In this document: in pieces, positions 27,678 to 38,787 of the stretch | Position numbering within the stretch: position 1 is the first letter of the stretch | How the letters are laid out: every line of letters starts with the position of its first letter | Origin: Anolis carolinensis | Taxonomy: Eukaryota | Reading direction: 5' to 3' | Assembly (NCBI RefSeq): GCF_035594765.1 | Contig: NC_085842.1 | Coordinates: forward strand, 262,493,749-262,557,748 | DNA length: 64,000 nt | The notes under the pieces: generated by a model | The model's database searches: none | Told to the model about the DNA's origin: nothing | The model's input: only the letters and a program-made list of their open reading frames with translations | Made by a program: the position numbers and the translations under genes

Positions 27678-30151
27678 ATGCTTCTGGAACATGGCCACAC
27701 AGCCCGAAAGACATACAACAACCCTGTGATTCTGGCCATGAAAGCCTTCGACAACACATTGAACATCTCTACGGGGAGAAATTGTTCCAAGACACACGGA
27801 GATTGGAAAAACTAAGGACCAGGAAAGCACATCTACTGTGCTCCCTGACCTTCCTTCTACGCTGCAGAGACACAGATACCATCCCACAATTTCTTGCAGC
27901 CAAAAGGACCTTCAAAACACCACAGGCTCATCGCATTTACAACCGCCTGGAACGCAACCTCTTGAGAGAGAGAATCCACACCATCCGTAAAGAACTCGCA
28001 AACACAGACAAAGAACTGCTGCACCTCCACATCAACATCAGCCAAAAGATGAATACCCAGGACTGGGATAAAATAGACAGCCTTACCTACAAGAAAATGG
28101 AGAAAGACATGGTTCTCCACACCAAGAGACAAAAACAAAAATTTGACAAATGCCGTAAGCAACAGCCAAAGCCAGAACTGGATAAATCACGGACCATCAT
28201 CAACCTGACAGACAGACAACTCACTGAAGACCAAGTATCCATTCTAGAAAAAGGAGGAAATTTTGCAGTCACCACCACCAGGATCCCAGTAGAAAACATC
28301 ATCGCCAATGTTGAATCAGCAATTTACCAGCTCCCTGAGGAAGAAGCAGAGGAGGTAAGAATGGAAACAGCAAGGATCCTGAGAAATGCAAAACTCCCCC
28401 CCAGCAACATAACGAGAAAAGAAAGACAGGCCATCAAAGATCTCAACTCAGATCCTGAAATCATCATTCTTCCAGCTGACAAGGGGAATGCCACAGTAAT
28501 CATGGAAACAAAACAATACAAAGAAAAAATCAGACAACTTCTAGATCCCACAATTTACAAGAAACTGAAACAAGACCCCACTAACAAAATCACCAGAAAA
28601 ACGAACACTCTAATCAAGAACTCCTCCATTAACTTTGACATACGCCAACAGCTGTGCAAATCAGAAGCCCTCCCACCCAGGCTTTACGGACTCCCCAAAA
28701 TCCACAAGGACTCCATCCCACTCAGACCCATTGTAAGTGCCATTGGATCGCCGACTTACAACCTGGCAAAATTTCTGGCTACACAGCTACAAACCCACAT
28801 TGGGCTCACTGCACATTATATCAAGGACTCTACACACTTTATAGAAAAGATCAGCAACCTCAATCTAAGCACCAAGGACATCCTGATCAGCTTTGATGTG
28901 GTGTCCCTTTTTACCAAAGTCCCAGTAGCTGACACCCTCACACTAATCAAACAAAACTTCCCAGAAGACATCACAGCCCTGTTTCACCATTGCCTCACCA
29001 CTAGCTACTTTCAGTGGGACACTGGATTCTATGAACAGAAGGATGGAGTGGCCATGGGGAGCCCTCTCAGCCCAGTAGTAGCAAATTTCTATATGGAATA
29101 CTTTGAAAAACAGGCCCTAGAAACAGCACCAAAAAAGCCAACTGTTTGGTTCAGATACGTAGATGACACCTTCACAATTTGGAGCCATGGAGAGGAAGAA
29201 CTCAGCAAGTTCCTGGACCATCTTAACAGCATCCACCCAAACATCCAATTCACCATGGAAAAAGAAAAGGAAGGAAAACTGCCATTTCTAGATGTTCTGG
29301 TCATCCGCAAACCCAATCAACAATTGGGCCACACAGTTTACAGAAAACCTACACATACAGATAGATACCTTCATAAAAACTCCAACCATCACCCAAGTCA
29401 AAAAAGGAGCACAATCAAAGCCCTGACAGACCGTGCACAAAGAATCTGCGAACCTCACCTCCTCCAAGGTGAACTCAACCACCTAAACTGGGCTCTACAG
29501 GCCAATGGATACTCCACCACAGACATCAGAAGAGCTGCAAGGCCAAGAACAAGCCATGAGAGTCAAGACAAAGATCCACCCAGAGGAAAGGTGTTCTTAC
29601 CATACATCAAGGGAACTACTGACCGCATAGGGAAGCTGATGAAGAAGCACAACCTACAAACTATCTACAGACCCACGAAGAAAATCCAACAAATGCTACG
29701 GTCAGCGAAGGACAAGAGGGATCCTCTCTCTTCTGCAGGAGTCTACCGGATACCATGCAGCTGTGGACAAGTCTACATAGGGACCACCAAACGCAGCGCC
29801 CAAACAAGAGTCAAAGAACATGAAAGGCACTGCAGACTAATTCAACCAGAGAAATCAGCCATAGCAGAGCATTTGATGAACCAGCCTGGACACAGAATAC
29901 TATTTGAGAACACAAAAATGCTGGACCATTCTAACAACTATCATGTCAGACTACACAGAGAAGCCATTGAAATCCACAAGCATGTGGACAACTTCAACAG
30001 AAAGGAAGAAACCATGAAAATGAACAAAATCTGGCTACCAGTATTACAAAACTCCAAAATCAAAACAGTAGATGGGAACCAACACAATGAGGACTTGACT
30101 GAACAAAGGATGCCCCCAGGCAAGGGACAAAACATTTCCAGTGCCAATTAG
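27641..30151 (+). CDS. Penelope-like polyprotein: N-terminal domain, reverse transcriptase, GIY-YIG endonuclease (836 aa from the pLTR AUG)
   Basis: Uninterrupted frame. RT motifs LYGLPKIHK, PLRPIVS, SFDVVSLFT, GVAMGSPLSP, RYVDDTF (about 29153-29173), LPFLDV, VYRKPT. Endonuclease GVYRIPCSCGQVYIG...R..EH...SAIAEH...REAIEI...NFN. The start position is inferred. Confidence 0.93.
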   Translation: MPAIDVGETSGENASGTWPHSPKDIQQPCDSGHESLRQHIEHLYGEKLFQDTRRLEKLRTRKAHLLCSLTFLLRCRDTDTIPQFLAAKRTFKTPQAHRIYNRLERNLLRERIHTIRKELANTDKELLHLHINISQKMNTQDWDKIDSLTYKKMEKDMVLHTKRQKQKFDKCRKQQPKPELDKSRTIINLTDRQLTEDQVSILEKGGNFAVTTTRIPVENIIANVESAIYQLPEEEAEEVRMETARILRNAKLPPSNITRKERQAIKDLNSDPEIIILPADKGNATVIMETKQYKEKIRQLLDPTIYKKLKQDPTNKITRKTNTLIKNSSINFDIRQQLCKSEALPPRLYGLPKIHKDSIPLRPIVSAIGSPTYNLAKFLATQLQTHIGLTAHYIKDSTHFIEKISNLNLSTKDILISFDVVSLFTKVPVADTLTLIKQNFPEDITALFHHCLTTSYFQWDTGFYEQKDGVAMGSPLSPVVANFYMEYFEKQALETAPKKPTVWFRYVDDTFTIWSHGEEELSKFLDHLNSIHPNIQFTMEKEKEGKLPFLDVLVIRKPNQQLGHTVYRKPTHTDRYLHKNSNHHPSQKRSTIKALTDRAQRICEPHLLQGELNHLNWALQANGYSTTDIRRAARPRTSHESQDKDPPRGKVFLPYIKGTTDRIGKLMKKHNLQTIYRPTKKIQQMLRSAKDKRDPLSSAGVYRIPCSCGQVYIGTTKRSAQTRVKEHERHCRLIQPEKSAIAEHLMNQPGHRILFENTKMLDHSNNYHVRLHREAIEIHKHVDNFNRKEETMKMNKIWLPVLQNSKIKTVDGNQHNEDLTEQRMPPGKGQNISSAN

Positions 30152-30267
30152 GGTGATTAACTGAAACATTAATGCTGGCTCCCAGTGACAAAGAACTCTT
30201 GCCACACCTTGGACTCTACACAGATATATATTCTTTCCTTTCCTGACTTAGTTTATCCATACCTCAC

Positions 30268-30315
30268 AACCTCTGAGGATGCCTGCCATAGATGTGGGCG
30301 AAACGTCAGGAGAGA
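30268..30315 (+). ncRNA. Minimal type I hammerhead ribozyme in the 3' pLTR
   Basis: Identical motif, with CUGAGGA at 30273-30279 and GUC at 30305-30307. Confidence 0.85.
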
Positions 30316-30885
30316 ATGCTTCTGGAACATGGCCACACAGCCCGAAAGACATACAACAACCCTGTGATTCTGGCCATGAAAGCCTTCGACAACACATGTT
30401 AAAACTTTATACGGAAGAACTATCTTAAGTGCACACGTACTTTAACTGACTGACTTTCTTTCTAAAAATGACTTAGGGTGAGTCAAACAAGCCACACAAT
30501 CCATGGTTTGACTTTTGGAACCATTTCTATATCATCTGAAAACTAGAAATGGTGACAAACTGCATTCATTTCCACTGTGTAGATGCACCTTAAGTAAAAA
30601 CATTTTCCTTATTGAATGGTGGTAGGCTTCATAAAAAGACAAACATCCAGGCTGTCTAGACTTGAGTCTAAAATTCCAAATGTTAAGAAACTGCATCCTT
30701 AGAGGAACTGTGGAGCAACCTGTGATTTTTCTTAATGTGGTTCAAGTCTAAGAAAACAATTTTAAGCAGTTTTCTTCAATATAAACAGTTGGTCCGGTTC
30801 CCAGACTGAACCTGCCACAACTGTTTACAGGGCCATCCTGTAGTCCCTGGGTGCGGTTGGCCTAGGGACATGGGACAGCACTTAC

Positions 30886-31107
30886 CATTCCCCTTGTTCT
30901 CATCGTAGTCGTGACTACCAGGTGCAGAATGGCTGGTGGCCACTGCTCATCACCTGAAATATTGTTGGACGGAATCAGAAAATGGAGGTGGGAAAGGTGG
31001 GAGCGATCCTCTACCCGATCCCCACACCTGCATTATTCTGCCACTCTTCAATATCACCCCAGGTGACAAATGATGGTTACCAGCCAGTTTGCATGCAGTG
31101 GCCGCTG
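30886..31107 (-). other. Candidate exon (222/219 nt; alternative 68-nt form from 30953) of unidentified host transcript
   Basis: Branch point CCCTAAC, pyrimidine tract cttcccctttgtgttcttgtc, NAGNAG acceptor (TAGCAG) and donor ATG|GTAAGTG. Internal acceptor atatttcAG at 30955-30954. GC content is raised relative to the flanks. Confidence 0.6.
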
Positions 31108-31246
31108 CTATGACAAGAACACAAAGGGGAAGGTTAGGGTGGCCATCCAGCAGCATCAAAATGGGTTCAGCACCTCTTAATAGTCAAAATTCCTTTCTGC
31201 CTCTGCAGTGCTACATAAATCAATGGCGAGATGCACCTTTAAAATA

Positions 31247-31568
31247 CAGTAGAGTCTCACTATCCAACACTCGCTTATCCAACATTCTGGATTATCCAAC
31301 GCATTTTTGTAGTCAATGTTTTCAATATATCGTGACATTTTGGTGCTAAATTCATAAATACAGTAATTACTACATACCATTACTGCATATTGAACTACTT
31401 TTTCTGCCAAATTTGTTGTCTAACATGATGTTTTGGTGCTTAATTTGTAAAACCATAACTTAATTTGATGTTTAATATGCTTTTCCTTAATACCTCCTTA
31501 TTATCCAACATATTCGCTTATCCAACATTCTGCCGGCCTGTTTATGTTGGATAAGTGAGACTCTACTG
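31247..31568 (+). mobile_element. Tc1/mariner-type MITE (CAGTAGAGTCTC family)
   Basis: TIRs with TA TSD. Confidence 0.92.
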
Positions 31569-31959
31569 TACTACATAAAACACTATATGAGCTAGCTCTT
31601 GCATAGTTAAAAACCGACTAAAATTCAGTATTATTACAACTTGAGCAAAAAATACTTTGGCTATTTACAACTCACTATGATTACGTAAAAGCATCCCCAT
31701 AACAGTCAACTGCAATATCAAAAATGAATCTTGCCTGGAATTTCATTGCTGCCAGTGCAAAGAGAGACACCTTGTGAGTAACCACTGGATTAGTGCCAGA
31801 TATTTTTTTTTTCCTGGTATCGGCTGATTCACCTCCATAGTGACAGATAGAACATAAGAGAGCTTGAGGAAATAGGGACAGCCAGGGTTGTTCTACACTT
31901 AACATTTTATCCCTGAGCCAATCCAGACTTTCAGACTTTGGATCACCCTGGGTTTGTTC

Positions 31960-32215
31960 TTTATGACCAGCTCCCAGGCCACTGCCGAGGCCTACTCTTT
32001 TTAATCAAGACACTTTATTCTAACATCAAGGCTAGAATAAGAATTGGCATTTTTGGCTCATTAACTGGTCCCATTCATGCTAATAAAGGAGTAAAACAAG
32101 GGTGCCTACTGACACCAACACTCTTTAATCTATATCTGAATGACATGATACCTGCACTCTCAGGACTAGAATTTTGTCCACCTGCAGTAGGAACCAAGAA
32201 AATTTCCCATTCTAT
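31960..32215 (+). mobile_element. Isolated non-LTR reverse-transcriptase fragment (clade uncertain)
   Basis: Translation KTLYS...KGVKQGCLLTPTLFNLYLND matches the RT motif GV.QG..LSP.LF. Confidence 0.75.
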
Positions 32216-32948
32216 TATATGTGCGGGATTGCCATTTTGAGAATGATTGAGGCTAAGGATTGCTTATGTGCTGGCTGAAGCATCCAGTGGGAACCATTAC
32301 CATTTTTCAAGTGGTAAATGGTTCACGGTTACAGAGATATAGCGATTTCAGATTGAGTCTATCTTTTTGGAACACCTTGTACATGCAGTTTTAACAGTTG
32401 CATAGAAGAAAACATTCTTTTTAAAGGGATTCTCTAATTAACAATGACTTTTACAGAGCTCAATGGGGCTTACTCTCAAGTAAATGGACCTAGGATTGCA
32501 GCCAACATTCAATGAGTTACTTTTAATTCTGAGATTAATCCTACTGGATTGCTTGGTATTGTTAGCACCAAGTCACAACTAAGTACAGCCAGTTGGTATA
32601 AACTGAAAGTCCCATGAGACAAGTATTTTAAAAGTTAAATTGCATGTGCTATAAGCCAAGTATTTAAATAAACTTGTCTGCAGTATTGATATTTTGTACA
32701 TTTTTCCTTGAAACATTTTTCAATTCTAATCTAAATTTGTTTTTACTCCATTAACACACTATCTTAGTTTCTGGTTTTTCTACACACCAAAGGGAAACCT
32801 CAAAGCAACTCCTGCCCCTCATTCAAATTAGATGCATTCAAACAGGACTTGTATTATCCTCTCAAGACAGCTATTTACATGAAATCTCTTATAGTTTCTC
32901 TGTCGGGATAAAATGTGGATGCCACTGCACATCAGGCCTGTGTTTGGC

Positions 32949-33183
32949 NNNNNNNNNNNNNNNNNNNNNNNNNNNNNNNNNNNNNNNNNNNNNNNNNNNN
33001 NNNNNNNNNNNNNNNNNNNNNNNNNNNNNNNNNNNNNNNNNNNNNNNNNNNNNNNNNNNNNNNNNNNNNNNNNNNNNNNNNNNNNNNNNNNNNNNNNNNN
33101 NNNNNNNNNNNNNNNNNNNNNNNNNNNNNNNNNNNNNNNNNNNNNNNNNNNNNNNNNNNNNNNNNNNNNNNNNNNNNNNNNNN
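32949..33183. other. Assembly gap
   Basis: Run of N. Confidence 0.98.
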
Positions 33184-33439
33184 NGTGCCAGGAATTGTTA
33201 CATTAAATGTAACTATAATAACAATAATAACAACAATAATAATGTGGGAATGGTAAAGATGATTTATATACTTCAGAGAACAATTCTGAGAATGATATAA
33301 GATTGGAATCGAAAGAGCCTCTTTAGACCTGGGTGTCATGTAGTTTCCTGTCACCTACAGCAATCCACATTCTGCTGGATGCTGCTTATCAAAAATATTT
33401 CTACAAATTTATTGTCCGGCAGAGCTAGCATCATGAAGT

Positions 33440-33652
33440 GTCTTGAGCACTAGAGTAGGACCATGAGAAACTAGAGTTCAAATACCTACGCACTCGCAGC
33501 CATGGAAATTCACTGTGTGACCTTGGGTAAGGAACACTCACAAAGTCTCTGAGGAAGGCAATGACAAACCTCCACTGAATGAATTTTCCAAAGGAAACCC
33601 CATGAAAGCGTTACTGTATGCCAGATTCAACTTGAATGCATCTAACAACAAT
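33440..33652 (+). mobile_element. Old tRNA-head SINE with RTE/BovB-like tail
   Basis: B-box gagttcaaat, gtgaccttgggtaag core, gaggaaggcaatgacaaacctc and (aac)n end. Relatives at 39355-39507 (+) and 60998-61240 (-). Confidence 0.6.
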
Positions 33653-35064
33653 CTGTTAGAAAGCAACCATCTGTTATGTTTTCTTCTTCTCCTTCTCTTT
33701 TTTCTTCTGGCTACATTTATCTGTTCCCTTGTTTCCTACCCCTTTGTTTTTCTCTTTCTAACCCTTGTTCTCTTTCTCCTGCATCATAGTTTCAAGTTAC
33801 AATTAACATTTTTCTTTTCTTTTCCTCCCTTTGCATCACTTTCTCATTTGCTCCACCCCAATAAAAGCATGAAAGCTGAGAGGTGATATGTTAGATTATC
33901 AACATGTTAAAACTGTAAGTTCAATTTAACACAACAGTGCCTCCATCTGAATACACATTCATAGATGGGACTGTTTTGTTGGATCACTTTCATCGTCGTC
34001 ATCCCACCTGGACTGTAAAGGAAGGAATGGAAGGATAAAGGGACAAAAATTTGGCTAATTAATTTAGGCAATTTCCATTAGCTTGGAAAGGGTGTTTTCT
34101 ATTAAATGCAACTGGAAAATATTTGTTCTGATCAGAGCCTGAAAAGACTTTTTTCATTGGATTACAGCTTCCATGTAAAAGTGGTTCTTGCAAATGTATT
34201 AAGAATGTATTAAGAATGCAGATGAATAGGATTTAATGATATCACATGGGATTATTCCCTGTGGTATTAATGGGATCCACCTCTTTGTGATATCAGCATC
34301 AAAACTCTACTGGTCTCAGATTTTGGCCCAGAAAACTTAGGCCCTGGGATACGTCTAGCTGGGCAACATAAGCACCATGTACACCACCATGTAATGCACT
34401 TTGAAACTGCATTATATGGAACTGCATTATATGGAACTGCCAACTGGGTATTTTTCACAGTTCTCCACAAAGGGGAAAAAACAGAGATCCTCTTTATGAT
34501 CTCACATCTCTCAGATTCTTGATCTGTTAGGTGAATGCACTCTCCTCCCCTGCAACATTCTTTTTTTTGTGGGTTGGAGGAGGGGAAGGGACATATATTC
34601 AACTCATTTCTAAGAACCAGCTGACATCAGGACTTAGCTTTGCATATCCACTTCCTTCCCTGTATTGAGAAGGCAAAGAAGGAACCATGTCAGATGGAGA
34701 AACTCCAGCCAATCTCAATGAATTTGTATACATTCTAAGTTGGTTTCCAGTGTCAACTTGAAAAAAGTAAGCAATCTAAAACTAAATCAAGGCAAGATAC
34801 ACTTCATGTATCTGATAAAGCAGGCTATGAAAACTTAAGTGACCAACATCTTCTTTTGCATACTGATCCAGAATAATATGTATATATCTTTGAATTGCAG
34901 GCAAGATACAATTATTGTTGGCTGGAGATTCCTATGAACTAGTATGCGTCTTCTAGATATGGTTTCACTTTTATTGTTCATGGTTCTGATTGGCCAGGTG
35001 TTGGCACATGCCATACGTTTTTGCTCTTGGTTGTCTTCCTGTCTGTCTTCCTCAAATCAGGTAT

Positions 35065-35586
35065 GGGGACCATTCACATTGCATAATTCTAGGCCTATTA
35101 TGGAGCCTCCGGTGGCTCAGTGTGTTAAAGTGCTGAGTTGCTGAACTTGCAGACCGAAAGGTCCCAGGTTCAAACCTGGGGAGCGGAGTGAGCACCCGCT
35201 GTTAGCTCTAGCTTCTGCCAACCTAGCAGTTCGAAAACATGCCAATGTGATTAGATCAATAGGTACCGCTCCGACGGGAAGGTAACGGCGTTCCACACAG
35301 TCATGCTGGCCACATGACCTTGGAGGCATCTACGGACAACGCCGGCTCTTCGGCTTAGAAATGGAGATAAGCACCAACCCGCAGAGTCGGACATGACTGG
35401 ACTTAACGTCAGGGGAAACCTTTACCTTTACTATTATGGTATTTCATTTTAACATGTTTCATCCTATGGGAAATTGGAGTTAGCATCTTAGGTAAGTGCA
35501 TTTACTATTCTCAGCGAGATGCTTCTATGCTTTGCTACCCTAGCAATTTAATAACAGCACTCCAATTATATAGTGTAAATGGGCCC
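35065..35586. mobile_element. Old palindromic MITE hosting a Sauria SINE
   Basis: Imperfect TIRs gggaccattcacattgcataatt / aattatatagtgtaaatgggccc. Confidence 0.55.
35102..35430 (+). mobile_element. Sauria SINE, full length
   Basis: GGAGCCTCCGGTGGCTCAG head, B-box GGTTCAAAC and (ACCTTT)n tail. TSD CTATTATGG at 35095-35103 / 35431-35439. Confidence 0.93.
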
Positions 35587-37958
35587 CTGGTTTCAGTCTT
35601 TCAAGTTCCAATCACGTGCAGTGTAAGCTTCTGCCATGTGCTTTACATGGAGCCACCTTTGAAACTTCTTCTTGACGGTTTAACTACAGCTGCCATACGA
35701 TTAATCAATTCAGATCTACTTGTTGCCACTTTTTTTTCAGGATCACTACTTAGTGCTTTTAATTTTTGCCTTTAAAGTCCCAAATAGCCTTAGACCAGGA
35801 GATCTAAACAATCATATTTCTATACAGCAGTCTAGCCAAAAAAAAGTCCTTCCTTGGAAGTCCCACTTTGGGTCTTCCTTCCTTCAGAAATATGCAGGCA
35901 AGAAACAATTCTGCTCCCCTTCTAAGATTTTCCTAATCGGAGTTGCCTCCTGTGCGGTCTATTGGGGTCCTAGTCATGTTCCTTTTCAGGCACATAGGTT
36001 AACTACTCTACCCTCAGTTTACCTTCAACATAGGAAAAGAAGCAAGCACAGATTTCCAGTTCCTCTACCATTTTTTTTCCGCTTGGGAGATACATGACAT
36101 GAACTGAATGTAAAATATTATTTAAAATGTTTAAAAACTCCACTCATTCATTTTATAACAAGGTTAATTATTTAATAGAAAAATTCTGCATTGCTTTGTA
36201 AAAGCATGACAGAATGGCCTGCGGGCACAGTGTATTGATCCATATGGCTAACTGTGCAGAAAATAGTTTAAGGATTCATCTTACTTTTCTAAATACAGCA
36301 AGCAAATAGCATTCCGCTTCCCCAGATGTAGGTCTTCTCAGTAAGAAATGGTAAAACAACAATAACCACCAAACAGTCTTCAATTTCTATCTTATTTTGC
36401 ATACATATGCCTAGACTTTAAGAATCAAGGCTTAAGGCAGATAGAATTTTTCCCATTCTCTGAACCATGATTAAACTACTGGGAGTTTATGGCCACATGA
36501 CTTCTTTCTGTCTATTTTCAGTGTTAAACATACTGAAGTATCAAATGGCATTTCTGGTTTAAATCTAACCATGGGTAGAATTAGTGACACACGGTTATGG
36601 TCAGTCCTGAAAAAGCAAACAAGGAGGAATCTGTGTAGAAAGACAAAGAAAGGTCAAACAAACTTAATTAAGACTATATCCTGTACCTTGTTATTTTGGA
36701 GTATGCACCACTGAAGTCAATGATCTTACTTTTGAGCAGACATTCATAGGATCACTTTGCAATTAAAAATTACACATTAGACCTTATCAGAAGCATAATA
36801 TACCATGGCACTTTGTGGAAATTGAACCACAAAACTATAATTCAGAGAGCTTTGTATCTCTTCATACTAAGATGAAGCAAACACTACTGGTGCACAATGT
36901 TTGATCTAGCGGGACTTGCACAATGAAAACACAAAGGAAACAGCAACTATTTAAAGATTAAAAAATTGCACATTCTCACTGGTTTGCTATTCAAGAATTT
37001 TATGTAGTTTTGGTTCAAATCCTGGGTCAACCTCTGAATTAAACTAAATTATTTTTTTACATTAGCTCCTCCCTAGTAAAAATATATCCCTTGCTGTTGC
37101 TTTCAAGACAATTTCAGGCACAAATTTAGCATCACATTCTTGGACATTAAAAAAAATATGTATCTCTTTAAAAAGCATATTTTAACAATCAATGAAGAAA
37201 TAAACAAATAAAGCTTTGTACTCTGAAAAGAAAATACCTGTTTGGCTACTAGCAATTTAGTGGTATGCTGTTCATAGGCAGCAGGAAATAAGTTTTGTGT
37301 GTAACAATACCAAATAATTTATACACAGCAGATGTCAGCTGTCATCTCTGTCAATTCCACTGGCCTCTCCCCCTCCCTTCTTCCCTCCTTAGTCTGGGTG
37401 AGCTGTCAAGTTTCTAGTTTCTGATGTGTATTTACATCACTCAATGATACCTGACAGTAGTGAAAGGCCACAGAAAACTGCTTATTGATCAGAGCAAAAC
37501 TAGTTGATGGAACAGATGAGGTTGTATTACTGAATTGCAGCTACACTCAGGTGATGACATTTTGTTCCCCTGTATACAACTGCTTAATGGAATATAACTT
37601 CATTATATCATGCCACTAGCACTTAAAAGATTGCACGGATTTCATGACTGCTTTGTCTATGTAGTGATGAGGGCAATCTATTTGCGCTGCTATCAGTTTG
37701 CTACTAACCATATTTGCTCATAAATGCTTGCAAATCACATGCCAACTTGCCAGGGTGAATATACCAGACAGACACGGCCAACCCTGTCTTGCCAAGGCCT
37801 AATTGAGCTGACCTTTTTAGTTTTTTGAACATGAGTTACAAATTCGTGGGGCACAGCCAGTCAAGTTTAAACTCTTTAAAAACTTTTTAGTAAATATATT
37901 CAAATGGCTATTTTAATGACCAGAACGATGAAGTTTGCTAGGGACTCTCAGGTGGAAA

Positions 37959-38284
37959 ATTTATTTTATTTACTGTGTCAGATGCAAATTGAGAATACAG
38001 CTATAATGTATTAAAAAGAACACACAAAGTTAAAAACTTGGCATTATGCTAAATTTCATTTGACCAGAAGTTGGTCACTTCAAGTGCCTTTGGTGTGGCT
38101 TTAAGGAGCTCCTCCACTGGGCATGTGGGGGGCTTAGACTGCATTGTAGGATGTGGTCTGTGGTTTGCTCTTCTCCACATTTGCATGCTGTGGACTCCAC
38201 TTTATAGCCCCATTTCTTAAGATTGGCTCTGCATCTTGTGGTGCCAGAGCGCAGTCTGTTCAGTACCTTCCAAGTCACCCAACT
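37959..38284 (-). mobile_element. Vingi/ingi-like LINE 3' fragment
   Basis: W..LNRLRSG...KWGY....CKCGEEQTTDHILQC C-terminal CCHC finger and (TAAA)n tail. Homologous to 62741-63056. Confidence 0.8.
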
Positions 38285-38291
38285 GATGAGA

Positions 38292-38397
38292 AAAGGACAC
38301 GAAAGAAACCTCCCCACAGAATAGTAACACATCTAGGCATCCCCTGGGCAATGACTTTATAGACTGCTGATTCTCTCAAACCAGACATGACTTGCAA
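38292..38397 (+). mobile_element. 3' half of an Anolis SINE2-like element
   Basis: Similar to 45379-45487 (cctcccaca...cccctgggcaa...ttctctca.accaga). Confidence 0.6.
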
Positions 38398-38748
38398 CCA
38401 ACCAACTAACCAACCGGAGCTTTTCAGGACCAACTATGACAATAATCTCAATCAACATTGAAGGCATGTCAGCTGCCAAAGAACAGTTGCTATATGAACT
38501 GTGCAGAGGTGGAAAATGATACCATCTAGAGTAAGGTCTCAATATTAAGTTGTGGATGGCTACTTTTGAATGACGTGAGACTACCGAAAAAGTATTATCA
38601 TTTTTCAGACTTTGATTTTAACTTAATAGCATTTCAGCAATATAATTTTCTGAAACAAATACAAATATTGGTAATTCATGTTCTGGCAATGAGTGCCTAC
38701 AACATTTTCTATCACAATAATAACAATAACAGTAACAATAACAAAAAC

Positions 38749-38787
<39 letters not shown>

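Larger units (their letters stand above)
27157..30396 (+). mobile_element. Penelope-like element (Penelope/Poseidon type), apparently complete, with inverted 5' segment
   Basis: Perfect 12-bp TSD TGTTAAAACTTT (27145-27156 / 30397-30408). 134-bp direct pseudo-LTRs (27625-27758 / 30263-30396). Segment 27157-27626 is the reverse complement of 29883-30359. Single RT + GIY-YIG ORF. Confidence 0.96.

Noticed and set aside
35102-35180. tRNA genes at A/B-box sequences
   Set aside because: These are SINE heads with family bodies, tails and TSDs, and no complete cloverleaf.
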